Source: a virus (lineage: Duplodnaviria; Caudoviricetes). From it: a stretch of 64,000 nt of DNA. The first letter of the stretch is position 1. Each line of letters begins with the position of its first letter. The stretch spans positions 8,330 through 72,329 of the IMG/VR virus record IMGVR_UViG_2700988868_000001; one strand, 5' to 3'. Under the pieces are notes generated by a model. It made no database searches. It had not been told where the DNA came from and was given only the letters and a program-made list of their open reading frames with translations. Shown here piece after piece: positions 17,704-28,012 of the stretch. The position numbers and the translations under genes are program-made.

Positions 17704-17738
17704 CGTTAATATAGAGGCATCTTTTAGGAGATGCCACT

Positions 17739-18266
17739 ATGGCCAACGTAAACCGACCGAACCGCAAGGCTTCGGATAGCGACATCCTCCGCATGAATTA
17801 TGTGGGGATGTCCCTTGGCACCATTGCCAAGACTTTGGGGATTCACCCCACGACTGTCACTCTGCGACTCCAGAATCTGGGGGTGTACCCGGCTGATACC
17901 CGGCGCACCTTCATGGAGAACGTCCTCAAGCCCATGCCTGAAGACGTAGCAGAGTGGCTTGCCGATCAACTCGGCCCCACCTATCAAATCCGTGAGTTCG
18001 TTCGTGACCTGCTTCAAGCGGCATACGACAAGCGGTTTGACAACCAAAGGACCGCATATGAGCGACACCTTGCAAAATACGGCGGAGTGGTTCCGCCAAG
18101 CATCGCCCACACCTTCCGCCCAGAACCTGAGCACGCAGATGGGGGTGCACTTCGAGGAAGTCCGGGAAATGATCCTGGAACTGACGCCCCGGACTCCGGA
18201 AGCGGATGTGATCCTCAAGGCGGCGAATGCAGCCCTGGAGAACCTGCAAGCCCTGCTGAAGCGTGA
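17739..18266 (+). CDS. HTH DNA-binding protein (N4 gp35-like) with long C-terminal overlap into the next gene
   Basis: AGGAG RBS; GMSLGTIAKTLGIHPTTVTLRL helix-turn-helix. Confidence 0.75.
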   Translation: MANVNRPNRKASDSDILRMNYVGMSLGTIAKTLGIHPTTVTLRLQNLGVYPADTRRTFMENVLKPMPEDVAEWLADQLGPTYQIREFVRDLLQAAYDKRFDNQRTAYERHLAKYGGVVPPSIAHTFRPEPEHADGGALRGSPGNDPGTDAPDSGSGCDPQGGECSPGEPASPAEA

Positions 18267-18516
18267 TGCAACGGCCATCGGCGTGCATCCGGGTGATCAC
18301 AAGCTGTTCCTGGACAGCCTCTGCGATCAGATCGTTACGGCGACTGGCGTCGGAACTTTCTTCGGGATGGATGTCCCCGGAGCGATGGCCGAGGTCAACG
18401 CCTCGAACTGGTCCAAGTTCGTGGATGGCAAGCCCATCCGTGATCCGGACACGCAGAAGATTCTGAAGGGACCGGACTACTTCAAGCCGGACCTGACCAA
18501 GTATCTGCCGCAGTAA
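18058..18516 (+). CDS. MazG-like/PRA-PH NTP pyrophosphohydrolase
   Basis: QMGVHFEEVREM, LDSLCDQIVTATG, EVNASNWSKF, KILKGPDYFKPDL; AAAGGA RBS before ATG 18058. Confidence 0.85.
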   Translation: MSDTLQNTAEWFRQASPTPSAQNLSTQMGVHFEEVREMILELTPRTPEADVILKAANAALENLQALLKRDATAIGVHPGDHKLFLDSLCDQIVTATGVGTFFGMDVPGAMAEVNASNWSKFVDGKPIRDPDTQKILKGPDYFKPDLTKYLPQ

Positions 18517-18523
18517 CAACACC

Positions 18524-18551
18524 ACAAGGCCACCCTTCGGGGTGGCTTTGT
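18524..18551 (+). terminator. Terminator-like hairpin
   Basis: ACAAGGCCACCC-TTCG-GGGTGGCTTTGT. Confidence 0.75.
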
Positions 18552-18571
18552 CATTCCTGGAACCAAGAAAG

Positions 18572-19876
18572 ATGGATAAGTCCACAACTACCAAGCCGCT
18601 GAATGCAGACCAACAGGCGGCAGCGGAAGGGTTCTTCAAGACCCTTTTCGACCCGAACGTCAAAGAGATGAACATCAGCGGCCCCGGTGGCGTGGGCAAG
18701 ACCTATCTGATGGCCCACATCGTTGATGAAGTCATGCCTCAGTACCACGACGCATGCGGACTCATGGGCGTCAAGCCGGAGTTCGATGAAGTCGTGATGA
18801 CGGCGACCACCAACAAGGCGGCGGAAATCCTGGCACAGTCCACGAGCCGTCCCACCTCCACGATCCAGTCCCACTTGGGGCTGACGATCAAGAACAACTT
18901 CCGTACCGGCGAATCCGACCTGATCAAGTCTCGTAACTGGTCCGTCAAGGAACGCCAGATCATCTTCGTCGATGAAGCGTCGATGATCGACTCCAAGCTC
19001 CGCTCCTACATTCAGGAAGGGCAGAGCAAGTCCAAGATCGTGTACGTCGGCGACCACTGCCAGCTGCCTCCAATCAAGGAAGGCATCAGCCCGGTCTACA
19101 ACAACAACCTGCCGATGTTCCAGCTGTTGATACCCATGCGTACCGACCGTCCGGAACTGCTGGCGTTGAACCAACAGTACCGGGACATCGTGGAAGGCAA
19201 ACGTGACTTCGGTGACATCAAGACGTGTCCCGGAGTTATCGACCATGTTGGTCCCGATGAGATGGAAGCTCTGCTGAAGACTCACTTCGATGGACCCAAC
19301 AAGAACCGTGTGGTTGCCTACAGCAACAAGCAGGTTCTGCTGTACACGGACCACATCCGTGACCAGCAAGGATTCCGTGGTGAGTTCGATGTGGGTGAAG
19401 AACTGGTGGTCAACCAGATGTACACCCGTGGCATGGATCGCATGTCCATCGAACAGGAAGTCTCCATCACCAAGCGTTCGTCCATCACTCGTCAAGTTCG
19501 TATCGACGCCGACGTGTACATGGAAGTCCGTTCGGTCGATCTGGACACGGGCTATGGTGGCACGCTGACCGACGTGGAAATCCCCGTTGATCGTGAGTAC
19601 CACGCTGCACTGGTCAAGTATTACGCCCGTGAGAAGAACTGGGAGCGTCACTTCTATCTGAAGGAATCGTTCCCCGATCTGCGAGCCAAGGATGCTTGCA
19701 CGGTGCACAAGTCGCAAGGTTCTTCCTACGACACGGTGTTCATCGATCTGGGCGACCTGTCCACCTGCCACAACCCCTCGGTCGCTGCTCGCCTGTTCTA
19801 CGTGGCCTTCAGTCGTGCACGTCACCGTGTTGTGATGTACGGCGAACTGGCCGAGAAGTACGGGCGCATTGTTTAA
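18572..19876 (+). CDS. SF1B (Dda/RecD-like) DNA helicase
   Basis: GPGGVGKT, TATTNKAA, FVDEASMI, VGDHCQLPPI, TVHKSQGSSY, YVAFSRA. Confidence 0.93.
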   Translation: MDKSTTTKPLNADQQAAAEGFFKTLFDPNVKEMNISGPGGVGKTYLMAHIVDEVMPQYHDACGLMGVKPEFDEVVMTATTNKAAEILAQSTSRPTSTIQSHLGLTIKNNFRTGESDLIKSRNWSVKERQIIFVDEASMIDSKLRSYIQEGQSKSKIVYVGDHCQLPPIKEGISPVYNNNLPMFQLLIPMRTDRPELLALNQQYRDIVEGKRDFGDIKTCPGVIDHVGPDEMEALLKTHFDGPNKNRVVAYSNKQVLLYTDHIRDQQGFRGEFDVGEELVVNQMYTRGMDRMSIEQEVSITKRSSITRQVRIDADVYMEVRSVDLDTGYGGTLTDVEIPVDREYHAALVKYYAREKNWERHFYLKESFPDLRAKDACTVHKSQGSSYDTVFIDLGDLSTCHNPSVAARLFYVAFSRARHRVVMYGELAEKYGRIV

Positions 19877-19886
19877 AGGAGCCGAC

Positions 19887-20411
19887 ATGACGCAGTTGCA
19901 AGGAAGTATTCTCGACAACCTCACCAATGCAATGGGAATCATCAAGCTTCTCTTTGATGGTGAGATTCGTCGCTTGACCAAGATGCTTGACGAGATCGTG
20001 ACCAGCAATGATCGCATCCGTCAATCGGCACCTTCAGCTGGCTTTCTGTTCAACGGGAAGTTCCACAAGCGTAGCAATGCCAGCCGTGCACCGCTCGCTG
20101 GTGAACGCCAAACGCTTGATGAGCAGTTGTGGGACCAGATGGCAGAGTACCTTCGTGACACTGCTGCCATCATGATCGATATTCAGATGGTGAACCAAAT
20201 GGCTCATCGTCTGGTCGGACCCTGCCAGACCATGCAAGACCTTCGTGATGCGCTGCCGGATTGTCTGGTAGCTCTGTCCGATGAAATCCAAGCACTGGAA
20301 CGTACTCGTCCCGAGGCGTTCACCATTGCTGGAGATGAGCGAGGGATGCGGCAATTCCAGAAGATCAAACCTCTGATGGAAATGTATAGCGGAACTCGCT
20401 TGCTGTACTAG
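19887..20411 (+). CDS. Conserved hypothetical protein (N4 gp38-like)
   Basis: AAGGAG RBS; QDLRDALPDCL; lies between helicase and polymerase. Confidence 0.75.
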   Translation: MTQLQGSILDNLTNAMGIIKLLFDGEIRRLTKMLDEIVTSNDRIRQSAPSAGFLFNGKFHKRSNASRAPLAGERQTLDEQLWDQMAEYLRDTAAIMIDIQMVNQMAHRLVGPCQTMQDLRDALPDCLVALSDEIQALERTRPEAFTIAGDERGMRQFQKIKPLMEMYSGTRLLY

Positions 20412-20419
20412 GAGACGCC

Positions 20420-23080
20420 ATGCGTTACGTCACCTTCAACGAGAGCGGCAATTACCCGATTGCCATCTTGGTTCCCACGATCCAGAAGAATGAGATCGTG
20501 GATGCCTATGTCACTCCCTTTGGGATCGACAAGGAAGAAGTGATGGTCCTCGACCTTCATAATTCCCCAGGCAAGAAAGCGACTCCTGTGAAGGAGATCA
20601 AGCAGTACATCGAAGAAGTGCTCGCAGGAGTACTGATCGATGCTGGAACCAAGTACATCATCTGTGCTGATCCTGGCTACTACAAGGTGCTGGCCAAAGC
20701 CGCAAAGGCAGAGGCCAACCTTGGGTACGTGACGGAGAGTGTCATTCCTGGAATGCACATCGTCTACGTTCCGAACTACCGGCAGATTTTTTATGATCCG
20801 CCGAAGGTTCGAGCCAAGATCAGCCAGGGCATGAGTGCCTTGGTTCATCACCGGGCTGGTGCATATCAGCCCCCTGGTTCCAACATCATCCACAGTGCGG
20901 AGTATCCGGAGACGGTGGACCAGATCAAGGCAGCACTTCAGATGCTGCTGCACAAGAACGTCCCCTTGACGATAGACATTGAGGCGTTCGACCTGAAGCA
21001 TCACAAGTCAGGTATCGGCACGATTGGCTTTGCATGGAACAAGCACGAAGGTGTCTCCTTCGCCGTGGACTATGAACCAATCGAAGGGGCTACCGAAGCT
21101 CCATTTGGCCGACAGGTTCGCAATGAGCCTGTGCGCGCATTACTGAAGGATTTCTTCCGTCAGTACATGCAGTCAGCGATCTATCACAATGCAGCATTTG
21201 ACATGTACATCCTGGTCTACCAGTTGTTCATGGCCGATCTCATTGACACGGAAGGCATGCTCGAAGGATTCGAGATCATGATGCGTAATTGGCATTGCAC
21301 TAAGCTGATCACGTATCTCGCCACCAACTCTTGTGCGGGCAACAAGCTGGGCCTGAAGGACCAAGCACAGGAATTTGCGGGGAACTATGCGGAGTCGGAA
21401 ATCCACGACATCACACGCATCCCGCTACCGAAGCTGTTGCAGTACAACCTTGTGGACTGTCTGTCCACTTGGCACGTCTACGATAAACACTTCGGAACCA
21501 TGGTTGCCGATCAGCAGTTGGATATCTACGAGACGCTGTTCAAGACAGCATCGAAGGACATCATCCAGATGCAATTGACCGGCATGCCATTGCACATGCC
21601 CACCGTTCTTCAGGTGGAAGAAGCATTGCAGGCAATCTTCGATGACGCGGTAACGCGCATTGAGAACACCAAGTGTGTGCGGGAATATCAGTACACACTG
21701 AAAGAGCGGTACATCGAAAAGAAGCATGACGAGTGGAAGGTAAAGCGTATTACGCTTGCAGAAGTGCCGGACAGCGTAAAGTTCAATCCACGTAGTCCGC
21801 TCCAGTTGCAGGGGCTGCTGTATGAGCAATTGGGTCTCCCAATCCTTGCCCTTACTGAAACGAAGCAACCAAGCTGCGATGGTGACACCATCGAGAAGCT
21901 GGTCCATCACACATCTGATCCAGACGTGAAAGACTTGTTATTGGCCTTGCAGGATTTCTCTGCGGTGGACAAGATACTCGGATCATTCATCCCTGCGTTC
22001 AAGGAAGCAGCTCAAGGTCCAGATGGGTGGTGGTATCTATTCGGAAACTTCGTGCTTGGTGGTACGGTGTCAGGTCGATTGAGTTCCAACAATCCGAACC
22101 TTCAGAACCTTCCGGCCAACGTCACGATGAAGATCAGTGAGTCTCTGTTGGAGGTGTTCCCCTTCCTGAAGCAATTCATGAAGAAGGGAAGTCTCTCGCT
22201 GGGCAAGCTGGTCAAGTTCTGCTTCCAGGCTCCACCTGGATGGATCTTTGCTGGGCTTGACTTCGCCTCCTTAGAGGATCGAATCTCCGCCCTGACGACT
22301 CGTGACCCGATGAAGCTGAAGGTATACACCGACGGCTATGATGGTCACTGTCTCCGTGCATACACTTACTTCGGTGAGTTGATGAACGGCATTGACCCTG
22401 ACTCGGTGGCGAGCATCAATTCCATTGAGAACCTGTACAAAGACTTGCGTCAGGAGTCGAAAGCTCCGACGTTTGCTTTGACCTATCAGGGTACGTACAT
22501 CACGCTGATGAAGAACTGTGGCTTCTCGGAAGATAAGGCAAAGCGAATCGAAGCTCGATACCACGAGATGTATGTGGTCAGTACCGAATGGGTGCAGGCA
22601 AGACTGGATGAAGCGGCGAAAGTCGGCTACATCACCACAGCCTTTGGATTGCGAGTTCGCACTCCCCTGCTGTATCAGGTCATCCGTGGAACCAGCAAGA
22701 CGCCGTATGAGGCCGAAGCAGAAGGACGCACCGCTGGCAATGCTCTAGGGCAGGGCTGGTGTCTCCTGAATAGTCGTGCTTGGGTCGAGTTCATGGGCAA
22801 GGTACGTGCAAGCGATCAACGCTTGAACATCCGCCCGTGTGCACAGATTCACGATGCAGGCTATGCATTGATCCGTGACGATATGGATACCGTCATGTAC
22901 ATGAACGAGCATCTCGTTCAGGCGGTGAACTGGAATGATCACCCTGACATTTACCATCCAGACGTTGGTTTGGGTGGAGACGTGTCCCTGTTCTACCCCA
23001 CATGGGCAAGTGAGATCACACTGCCCAACGGCGCTACCGCCGAAGAAATCGCCAACACTATCAAAGAGGCAATCGCATGA
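20420..23080 (+). CDS. DNA polymerase, family A, with 3'-5' exonuclease domain
   Basis: ExoI IDIEA, ExoII HNAAFD, TVSGRLSSNNPNLQNLP, motif A DFASLEDR, motif B RQESKAPTFALTYQG, motif C QIHDA. Confidence 0.96.
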   Translation: MRYVTFNESGNYPIAILVPTIQKNEIVDAYVTPFGIDKEEVMVLDLHNSPGKKATPVKEIKQYIEEVLAGVLIDAGTKYIICADPGYYKVLAKAAKAEANLGYVTESVIPGMHIVYVPNYRQIFYDPPKVRAKISQGMSALVHHRAGAYQPPGSNIIHSAEYPETVDQIKAALQMLLHKNVPLTIDIEAFDLKHHKSGIGTIGFAWNKHEGVSFAVDYEPIEGATEAPFGRQVRNEPVRALLKDFFRQYMQSAIYHNAAFDMYILVYQLFMADLIDTEGMLEGFEIMMRNWHCTKLITYLATNSCAGNKLGLKDQAQEFAGNYAESEIHDITRIPLPKLLQYNLVDCLSTWHVYDKHFGTMVADQQLDIYETLFKTASKDIIQMQLTGMPLHMPTVLQVEEALQAIFDDAVTRIENTKCVREYQYTLKERYIEKKHDEWKVKRITLAEVPDSVKFNPRSPLQLQGLLYEQLGLPILALTETKQPSCDGDTIEKLVHHTSDPDVKDLLLALQDFSAVDKILGSFIPAFKEAAQGPDGWWYLFGNFVLGGTVSGRLSSNNPNLQNLPANVTMKISESLLEVFPFLKQFMKKGSLSLGKLVKFCFQAPPGWIFAGLDFASLEDRISALTTRDPMKLKVYTDGYDGHCLRAYTYFGELMNGIDPDSVASINSIENLYKDLRQESKAPTFALTYQGTYITLMKNCGFSEDKAKRIEARYHEMYVVSTEWVQARLDEAAKVGYITTAFGLRVRTPLLYQVIRGTSKTPYEAEAEGRTAGNALGQGWCLLNSRAWVEFMGKVRASDQRLNIRPCAQIHDAGYALIRDDMDTVMYMNEHLVQAVNWNDHPDIYHPDVGLGGDVSLFYPTWASEITLPNGATAEEIANTIKEAIA

Positions 23081-23499
23081 CCAAGAAAACCGATACCAAC
23101 GCCGCCAACACTCCGGTGAAGAAGCATCACTGGCTGTTCGCAGCTCAGGTGGTGTTCCACGTCGCCAAGGAAGGCCAACCGGCCACCGATGGCGGCGCTC
23201 TGCTGCTGAACGGTCTGGTGCTGACCGACGACAAGCAAATCGCCATGGCCGATCTGGCTCGTGCGCAGATGACTGCCGTGTCGAACCTGAACGAACGCTT
23301 CAAGGGCCAGAACGTCGAAGTCATCGACTGCGTGTTCATGAGCTTCAGCCACCTGGGCTTCATGTCCCAGCCGGAATACGCCAAGACGCCGGAAGGCCAA
23401 GCCCTGATCAAGACCGAAGTGCCGGTCAATCCCGCCGAACGTCCCGAAGCCAAGCTGACGCTGGTGAAGACGGAAGGCGATCCGGTCTCCGGGGACTGA
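23077..23499 (+). CDS. Hypothetical protein (N4 gp40-like position)
   Basis: ATGA overlap; GAGG RBS; strong codon bias. Confidence 0.75.
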   Translation: MTKKTDTNAANTPVKKHHWLFAAQVVFHVAKEGQPATDGGALLLNGLVLTDDKQIAMADLARAQMTAVSNLNERFKGQNVEVIDCVFMSFSHLGFMSQPEYAKTPEGQALIKTEVPVNPAERPEAKLTLVKTEGDPVSGD

Positions 23500-23501
23500 T
23501 C

Positions 23502-23978
23502 ATGGCTGCGGAGAACTCCGGTGGCCGGGTGAACTATTACCTGGTCGAAGTGAAGAACCCGCAGCGTGAAAACCAGCAGCCGTACCAAGCCGAGTGTGAG
23601 GACATCATCCATGCACTCGGTATGACCTTCGATGAAGGCAACATCTTCAAGGAGGTCTGGCGTCAGGCTGCTGCACGCCAAGGCCGAGCCAAGGAAGGGA
23701 ACACGGCATTGCGTGGTGCACAGAAGCTCGTGCACTATGCCAATCGCATCCTGCGTCATCTGACTACTTCGGCCGAATCCGGCGAGTACGAGTGGAAGCA
23801 ATGGGGCGGCAAATTGGACTACCCATCTGAACTGAAACGTGAAGATGTGGTGGAGTACAAGACAGCTGGTGCCACCAAACCTTGCCCTGTGACTTATGTG
23901 GGTGACTTGCGTTGGAAATGGGATACCCTGCCGACGCACGCTCAGATCGTACAGTACCGCAAGGTGAAGCCCGTATGA
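23502..23978 (+). CDS. DUF3310-like protein
   Basis: GGRVNYY...ECEDIIHALGMTFDEGNIFKEVWR...AQKLVHYA. Confidence 0.65.
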   Translation: MAAENSGGRVNYYLVEVKNPQRENQQPYQAECEDIIHALGMTFDEGNIFKEVWRQAAARQGRAKEGNTALRGAQKLVHYANRILRHLTTSAESGEYEWKQWGGKLDYPSELKREDVVEYKTAGATKPCPVTYVGDLRWKWDTLPTHAQIVQYRKVKPV

Positions 23979-23983
23979 GTACC

Positions 23984-24010
23984 AACCCCCAGAAATCTTG
24001 GGGGTTTTTC
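23984..24010 (+). terminator. Rho-independent terminator
   Basis: AACCCCCA...TGGGGGTT followed by TTT. Confidence 0.75.
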
Positions 24011-24026
24011 AACCCATGGAGGAACC

Positions 24027-25019
24027 ATGAGAATTACCAACACCGCAGGGGTATCGCTACCCGTTGCGATCTGGCTGGTTCACGATGAGTACGACTATGT
24101 GAAGGAGGACAACTACATCAGTGCCACGGCATTGATGAAGCCCATCCGTCAGATCGTCCTCGCATCGAAGGTTGACCCCGAAACCCAATCCATCGACGTG
24201 ATGGACATGCTGAAGACGTCCTTGGGTCATGCAATCCATGACTCCATCGAACGTGCCTGGACTCGTGGTGCTGAAAAGGCACTGCGTCTGCTGGGCTATC
24301 CTCAGAAGGTCCGTGATGCCATCCGCATCAACCCATCTGAAGCTGTCCTGAAAGACAACCCTGACTGTATCCCGATCTACTTGGAGCAACGTGCTATCAA
24401 GGAAATCGAAGTCAGTGGCCAGACCTATCGTGTCGGTGGCAAGTTCGATATCGTGACGGAAGGTCTGTTGCAGGACTACAAGTCCACTTCGGCGTTTGTT
24501 TGGGTGAAGGGTTCCCGTGATGAGGAACACATGCAGCAGGGCAGCATCTATCGCTGGCTGCATCCCGACAAGATCACGTCGGACTTCATCCGGATCAACT
24601 ACATCTTCACCGACTGGAAACGTGGTGACGCCAAGCGTGACCCCAATTATCCGCAGCATCCGATCATGCACAAGGACATCCCCCTGATGTCTCCTGAAGC
24701 GACGGAGAAGTGGATTCGTGGGCGTATCGCAGAAATCATCAAGTACCAGGATGCACCCGAGAACCAAGTACCGGAATGCACCGACGAGGAATTGTGGCGC
24801 TCCGATCCCGTGTATAAATACTTCTCCGATCCGGCGAAGGCACAGATACCGGGAGCCAGATCGACCAAGAACTTCGATGAACTGCACGAAGCCCGTGCAC
24901 ACCTCTCTGCCAAGGGAGGTGTTGGTGTCATCGTCCCCGTAGAGAGCGCACCCAAGCGTTGCGACTACTGCGGGGTCTATGACGTTTGCAAACAAAAAGA
25001 CAGGTACTTTCCGACATGA
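24027..25019 (+). CDS. PD-(D/E)XK exonuclease (N4 gp42-like)
   Basis: GHAIHDSIE, LEQR, GGKFDIV...QDYKSTS, QGSIYRWL, C-terminal RCDYCGVYDVC. Confidence 0.85.
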   Translation: MRITNTAGVSLPVAIWLVHDEYDYVKEDNYISATALMKPIRQIVLASKVDPETQSIDVMDMLKTSLGHAIHDSIERAWTRGAEKALRLLGYPQKVRDAIRINPSEAVLKDNPDCIPIYLEQRAIKEIEVSGQTYRVGGKFDIVTEGLLQDYKSTSAFVWVKGSRDEEHMQQGSIYRWLHPDKITSDFIRINYIFTDWKRGDAKRDPNYPQHPIMHKDIPLMSPEATEKWIRGRIAEIIKYQDAPENQVPECTDEELWRSDPVYKYFSDPAKAQIPGARSTKNFDELHEARAHLSAKGGVGVIVPVESAPKRCDYCGVYDVCKQKDRYFPT

Positions 25020-27160
25020 TCGACCTCACCGGGGTTCAGCACCACCCTGCAATCGAAGAGATTGTGAACGTGCTCTGCAACAAGACGCAGAATACCGACC
25101 GTGGTTTCTTCCGAGTGGAAGCGGCTTATTTCTTGGCCAAGATGGCATCGTCCATGTGCGCCACCATCGTCACAGCAGACCGTGGTGACATCCCGGTGAA
25201 CATCTACGCACTTGCCTTGGCCACTTCCGGCTATGGCAAGGGTCACTCGGTCAACATCGTGGAGAACGATTTCATGAAGGGCTTCAAGAAGCGCTTCATG
25301 GAAGACACCATGCCCGTCATTGCTGACGCCAACCTCTGGGTTATCGCCAACGAACGTGCGGCCAAGCAAGGCACTGATCAACAGACGGAGTACGACAAGG
25401 TATCGGCAGAGTATCGCCGTGCTGGTGCGTTCCCGTTCACGTTCGACAGTGGAACCACACCGGCAGTCAAACAGCTTCGTCAGAAGTTGCTGCTTGCTAC
25501 GTGTGGTTCCATCAACCTCCAGATTGATGAGATTGGTTCCAACCTCATCGAACAGACGGAAGTGCTGACCTTGTTCCTGGAGCTTTACGATCAGGGACTG
25601 GTCAAGCAGAAGCTGACCAAAAACACTGCGGAGAACACCCGTGGTGAAGAACTGGACGGCAAGACTCCGGCCAACATGTTGTTGTTCGGAACTCCGTCGA
25701 AGCTGCTGGATGGCGGCCAGACCGAAGATGCCTTCTATGGCTTCTTGGACACTGGCTATGCACGTCGCTGCCTGTTCGGTATCGGCCAGCCGGTCAAGAT
25801 GGCTCACAACAGCCAGACGCCGGAAGAAATCTACGACCGCTTGACCCAACCCGGGAACCAAGCGGCTGTGAACAAGTGGGCCAACCACTTCCACTCGTTG
25901 GCAGACGCCAGCAAGTTCGGATGGCGCATGGTCGTGGAGAAGGATGTGGGCGTGCAGTTGATCGCCTACAAAGCTCACTGCGAGAAGCTGGCTGATGAAA
26001 TGTCCGAACACGAAGAAATTCGTAAGGCAGAAATGAGCCATCGTTACTTCAAGGCTCTGAAGCTGGCAGGTGCACTGGCCTTCGTGGACGAATCCGTCCT
26101 CGTTGAGATGGACCACCTGAAGCAAGCCATCCTGCTGGTGGAAGAATCGGGTGCTGCTTTCCAAACGATCCTCACTCGTGAGAAGGCGTATGTGAAGCTG
26201 GCGAAGTACATCGCTGCCGTCGGCAGTGAACTGACCCATGCCGATCTGGTTGAGGCGCTGCCGTTCTACAAGTCCGGCAATGCGTTCCGCAACGAGATCA
26301 TGACCCTGGCCACCGCCTGGGGCTACAAGCAGCACATCATCATCAAGAAGTCCTTCACGGACGGCATCGAATTCTTCAAGGGTGAAACCCTGAAGGAAAC
26401 GAGCCTGGATGAAATTCTGGTGAGCTACAGTGAGAACTGGGCCTACGACTATTCGGCGGAACGTGTTCCGTTCGATCAGTTGCACCAGATGACCCAAGTC
26501 AAGGGCATCCACTGGGCCAATCACGATTTCAAGCGCGGCCATCGTGCTGAAGAAAACGTGATCCCGGGCTTCAACATGATCGTGATCGATGTGGATGGCG
26601 GATGCACTCTCGCCATGTGCCATGAACTGATGAAGGACTACAAGTTCATGACCTACACCACGAAGCGTCACACGGATGAAGAGAACCGATTCCGTCTGAT
26701 GATCCCGATGAATTATGAGCTTCACTTGGATTCGGAAGAATACAAGGAGTTCATGAACAACGTGATGCAGTGGTTGCCGTTCGCCACCGATGAGTCCGCC
26801 AATCAGCGGTCGAAGAAGTGGGAATCCAATGACGGCAAGTTCTTCATCAATCCGGATGGTGTCCTTCTGGATGTGCGGGACTTCATTCCGCGAACCACGA
26901 AGAACGAGCAGTTCCAGCAAGGCATGCAGGCCGTGCAGAGCTTGGACAATCTGGAGCGTTGGTTCGCTCAACGTATGGCCACCGGCAACCGCAACAACAA
27001 CATGTTGAAGTTCGCCATGGCTCTGGTTGATAGCGGCATGACGTTCGCTGATGTGTCCGCACAAGTTCATGCGTTCAATAAGAAGCTGTCCTCTCCTTTG
27101 GACAGTGAAGAATTGAACACGACCGTGCTTGTCTCGGTTGCCAAGAAGTACACCCGATAG
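25016..27160 (+). CDS. DNA primase / replication initiation protein (N4 gp43-like)
   Basis: ATSGYGKG P-loop, AEP-like VIDVDGG and YTTKRH, PriCT-like GNRNNNMLKFAMALVD. Confidence 0.85.
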   Translation: MIDLTGVQHHPAIEEIVNVLCNKTQNTDRGFFRVEAAYFLAKMASSMCATIVTADRGDIPVNIYALALATSGYGKGHSVNIVENDFMKGFKKRFMEDTMPVIADANLWVIANERAAKQGTDQQTEYDKVSAEYRRAGAFPFTFDSGTTPAVKQLRQKLLLATCGSINLQIDEIGSNLIEQTEVLTLFLELYDQGLVKQKLTKNTAENTRGEELDGKTPANMLLFGTPSKLLDGGQTEDAFYGFLDTGYARRCLFGIGQPVKMAHNSQTPEEIYDRLTQPGNQAAVNKWANHFHSLADASKFGWRMVVEKDVGVQLIAYKAHCEKLADEMSEHEEIRKAEMSHRYFKALKLAGALAFVDESVLVEMDHLKQAILLVEESGAAFQTILTREKAYVKLAKYIAAVGSELTHADLVEALPFYKSGNAFRNEIMTLATAWGYKQHIIIKKSFTDGIEFFKGETLKETSLDEILVSYSENWAYDYSAERVPFDQLHQMTQVKGIHWANHDFKRGHRAEENVIPGFNMIVIDVDGGCTLAMCHELMKDYKFMTYTTKRHTDEENRFRLMIPMNYELHLDSEEYKEFMNNVMQWLPFATDESANQRSKKWESNDGKFFINPDGVLLDVRDFIPRTTKNEQFQQGMQAVQSLDNLERWFAQRMATGNRNNNMLKFAMALVDSGMTFADVSAQVHAFNKKLSSPLDSEELNTTVLVSVAKKYTR

Positions 27161-27207
27161 TCGTTTGGTTTGGTCTTTGACTATCGAAATCCCCCTGGGA
27201 GAGAACC

Positions 27208-27981
27208 ATGTCTGAACAAGACGATGTCGTTCTGACCGAGGTCAACGATCAGCTTCTGTTGATCGTTGGCTACTCGTCGACCGGCAAGAGCGCTTCACTG
27301 CGCAACATCCGTGATCAGGATCAATGGCTGTACCTGAACACGGAGAGCGGCAAGAAACTGCCGTTCCGCAACAAATTCAGCAGCCACGTCATCACCGATC
27401 CCTATCAGGTGCTGGACGCCTTCAAAGCGGCCTACACCAATCCCGTCGAGGAAATCGGCTTCAAGCCGAAGGGGATCATCGTCGATTCGCTCACGTTCCT
27501 CATGGACATGTATGAGTCGCGGTATGTGATCAACGCAGCCAACACCATGACGGCATGGGGAGCGTTCAGTCAGTTCTTCAAGGAATTGATGCAGCTCCAT
27601 GTCCCATCCTTCGATGGTCCCGTGATCTTCACGGCCCACGTCAAGGACGAACTCGATGAAAAGGCGATGGAGCTGAAAACCTCCGTGCCGATCAAAGGTT
27701 CGCTCAAGAACAACGGCATCGAAGCCTACTTCTCGTCCATCGTCGCGTGCAAGCGTGTTCTCCTGAAGGAACTGGAGAAGATGACCAACGGCATGTTGGA
27801 CATCACGGAAGAAGAGAAGGAACTTGGCTTCAAGCACGTCTTCCAGACGCGGCTGACGGCCAAGACCACCGGTGAGCGTATTCGTGCCCCCATGGGCATG
27901 TTCACGCGCCAGGAGACGTACATCGACAACTGTGCACAGAAGCTCCTGGATCACCTCCACAAGTACTACGCGGAAGCGTAA
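27208..27981 (+). CDS. Sak4-like AAA ssDNA-annealing ATPase (N4 gp44-like)
   Basis: GYSSTGKSASL, IIVDSLTFLMD, VIFTAH; immediately upstream of SSB. Confidence 0.85.
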   Translation: MSEQDDVVLTEVNDQLLLIVGYSSTGKSASLRNIRDQDQWLYLNTESGKKLPFRNKFSSHVITDPYQVLDAFKAAYTNPVEEIGFKPKGIIVDSLTFLMDMYESRYVINAANTMTAWGAFSQFFKELMQLHVPSFDGPVIFTAHVKDELDEKAMELKTSVPIKGSLKNNGIEAYFSSIVACKRVLLKELEKMTNGMLDITEEEKELGFKHVFQTRLTAKTTGERIRAPMGMFTRQETYIDNCAQKLLDHLHKYYAEA

Positions 27982-28012
27982 GCAGCAATCCATTCAGCAA
28001 GAGAGAAACATC

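Noticed and set aside
22935-23501. 5' extensions of several ORF-track calls (for example 22935, 27872, 54993, 10681, 1817)
   Set aside because: They overlap real upstream genes or terminators; RBS-supported internal starts were used instead.
24027-25019. Cas4/CRISPR association of the nuclease
   Set aside because: It sits in the conserved N4 replication module and no cas genes or arrays are present.
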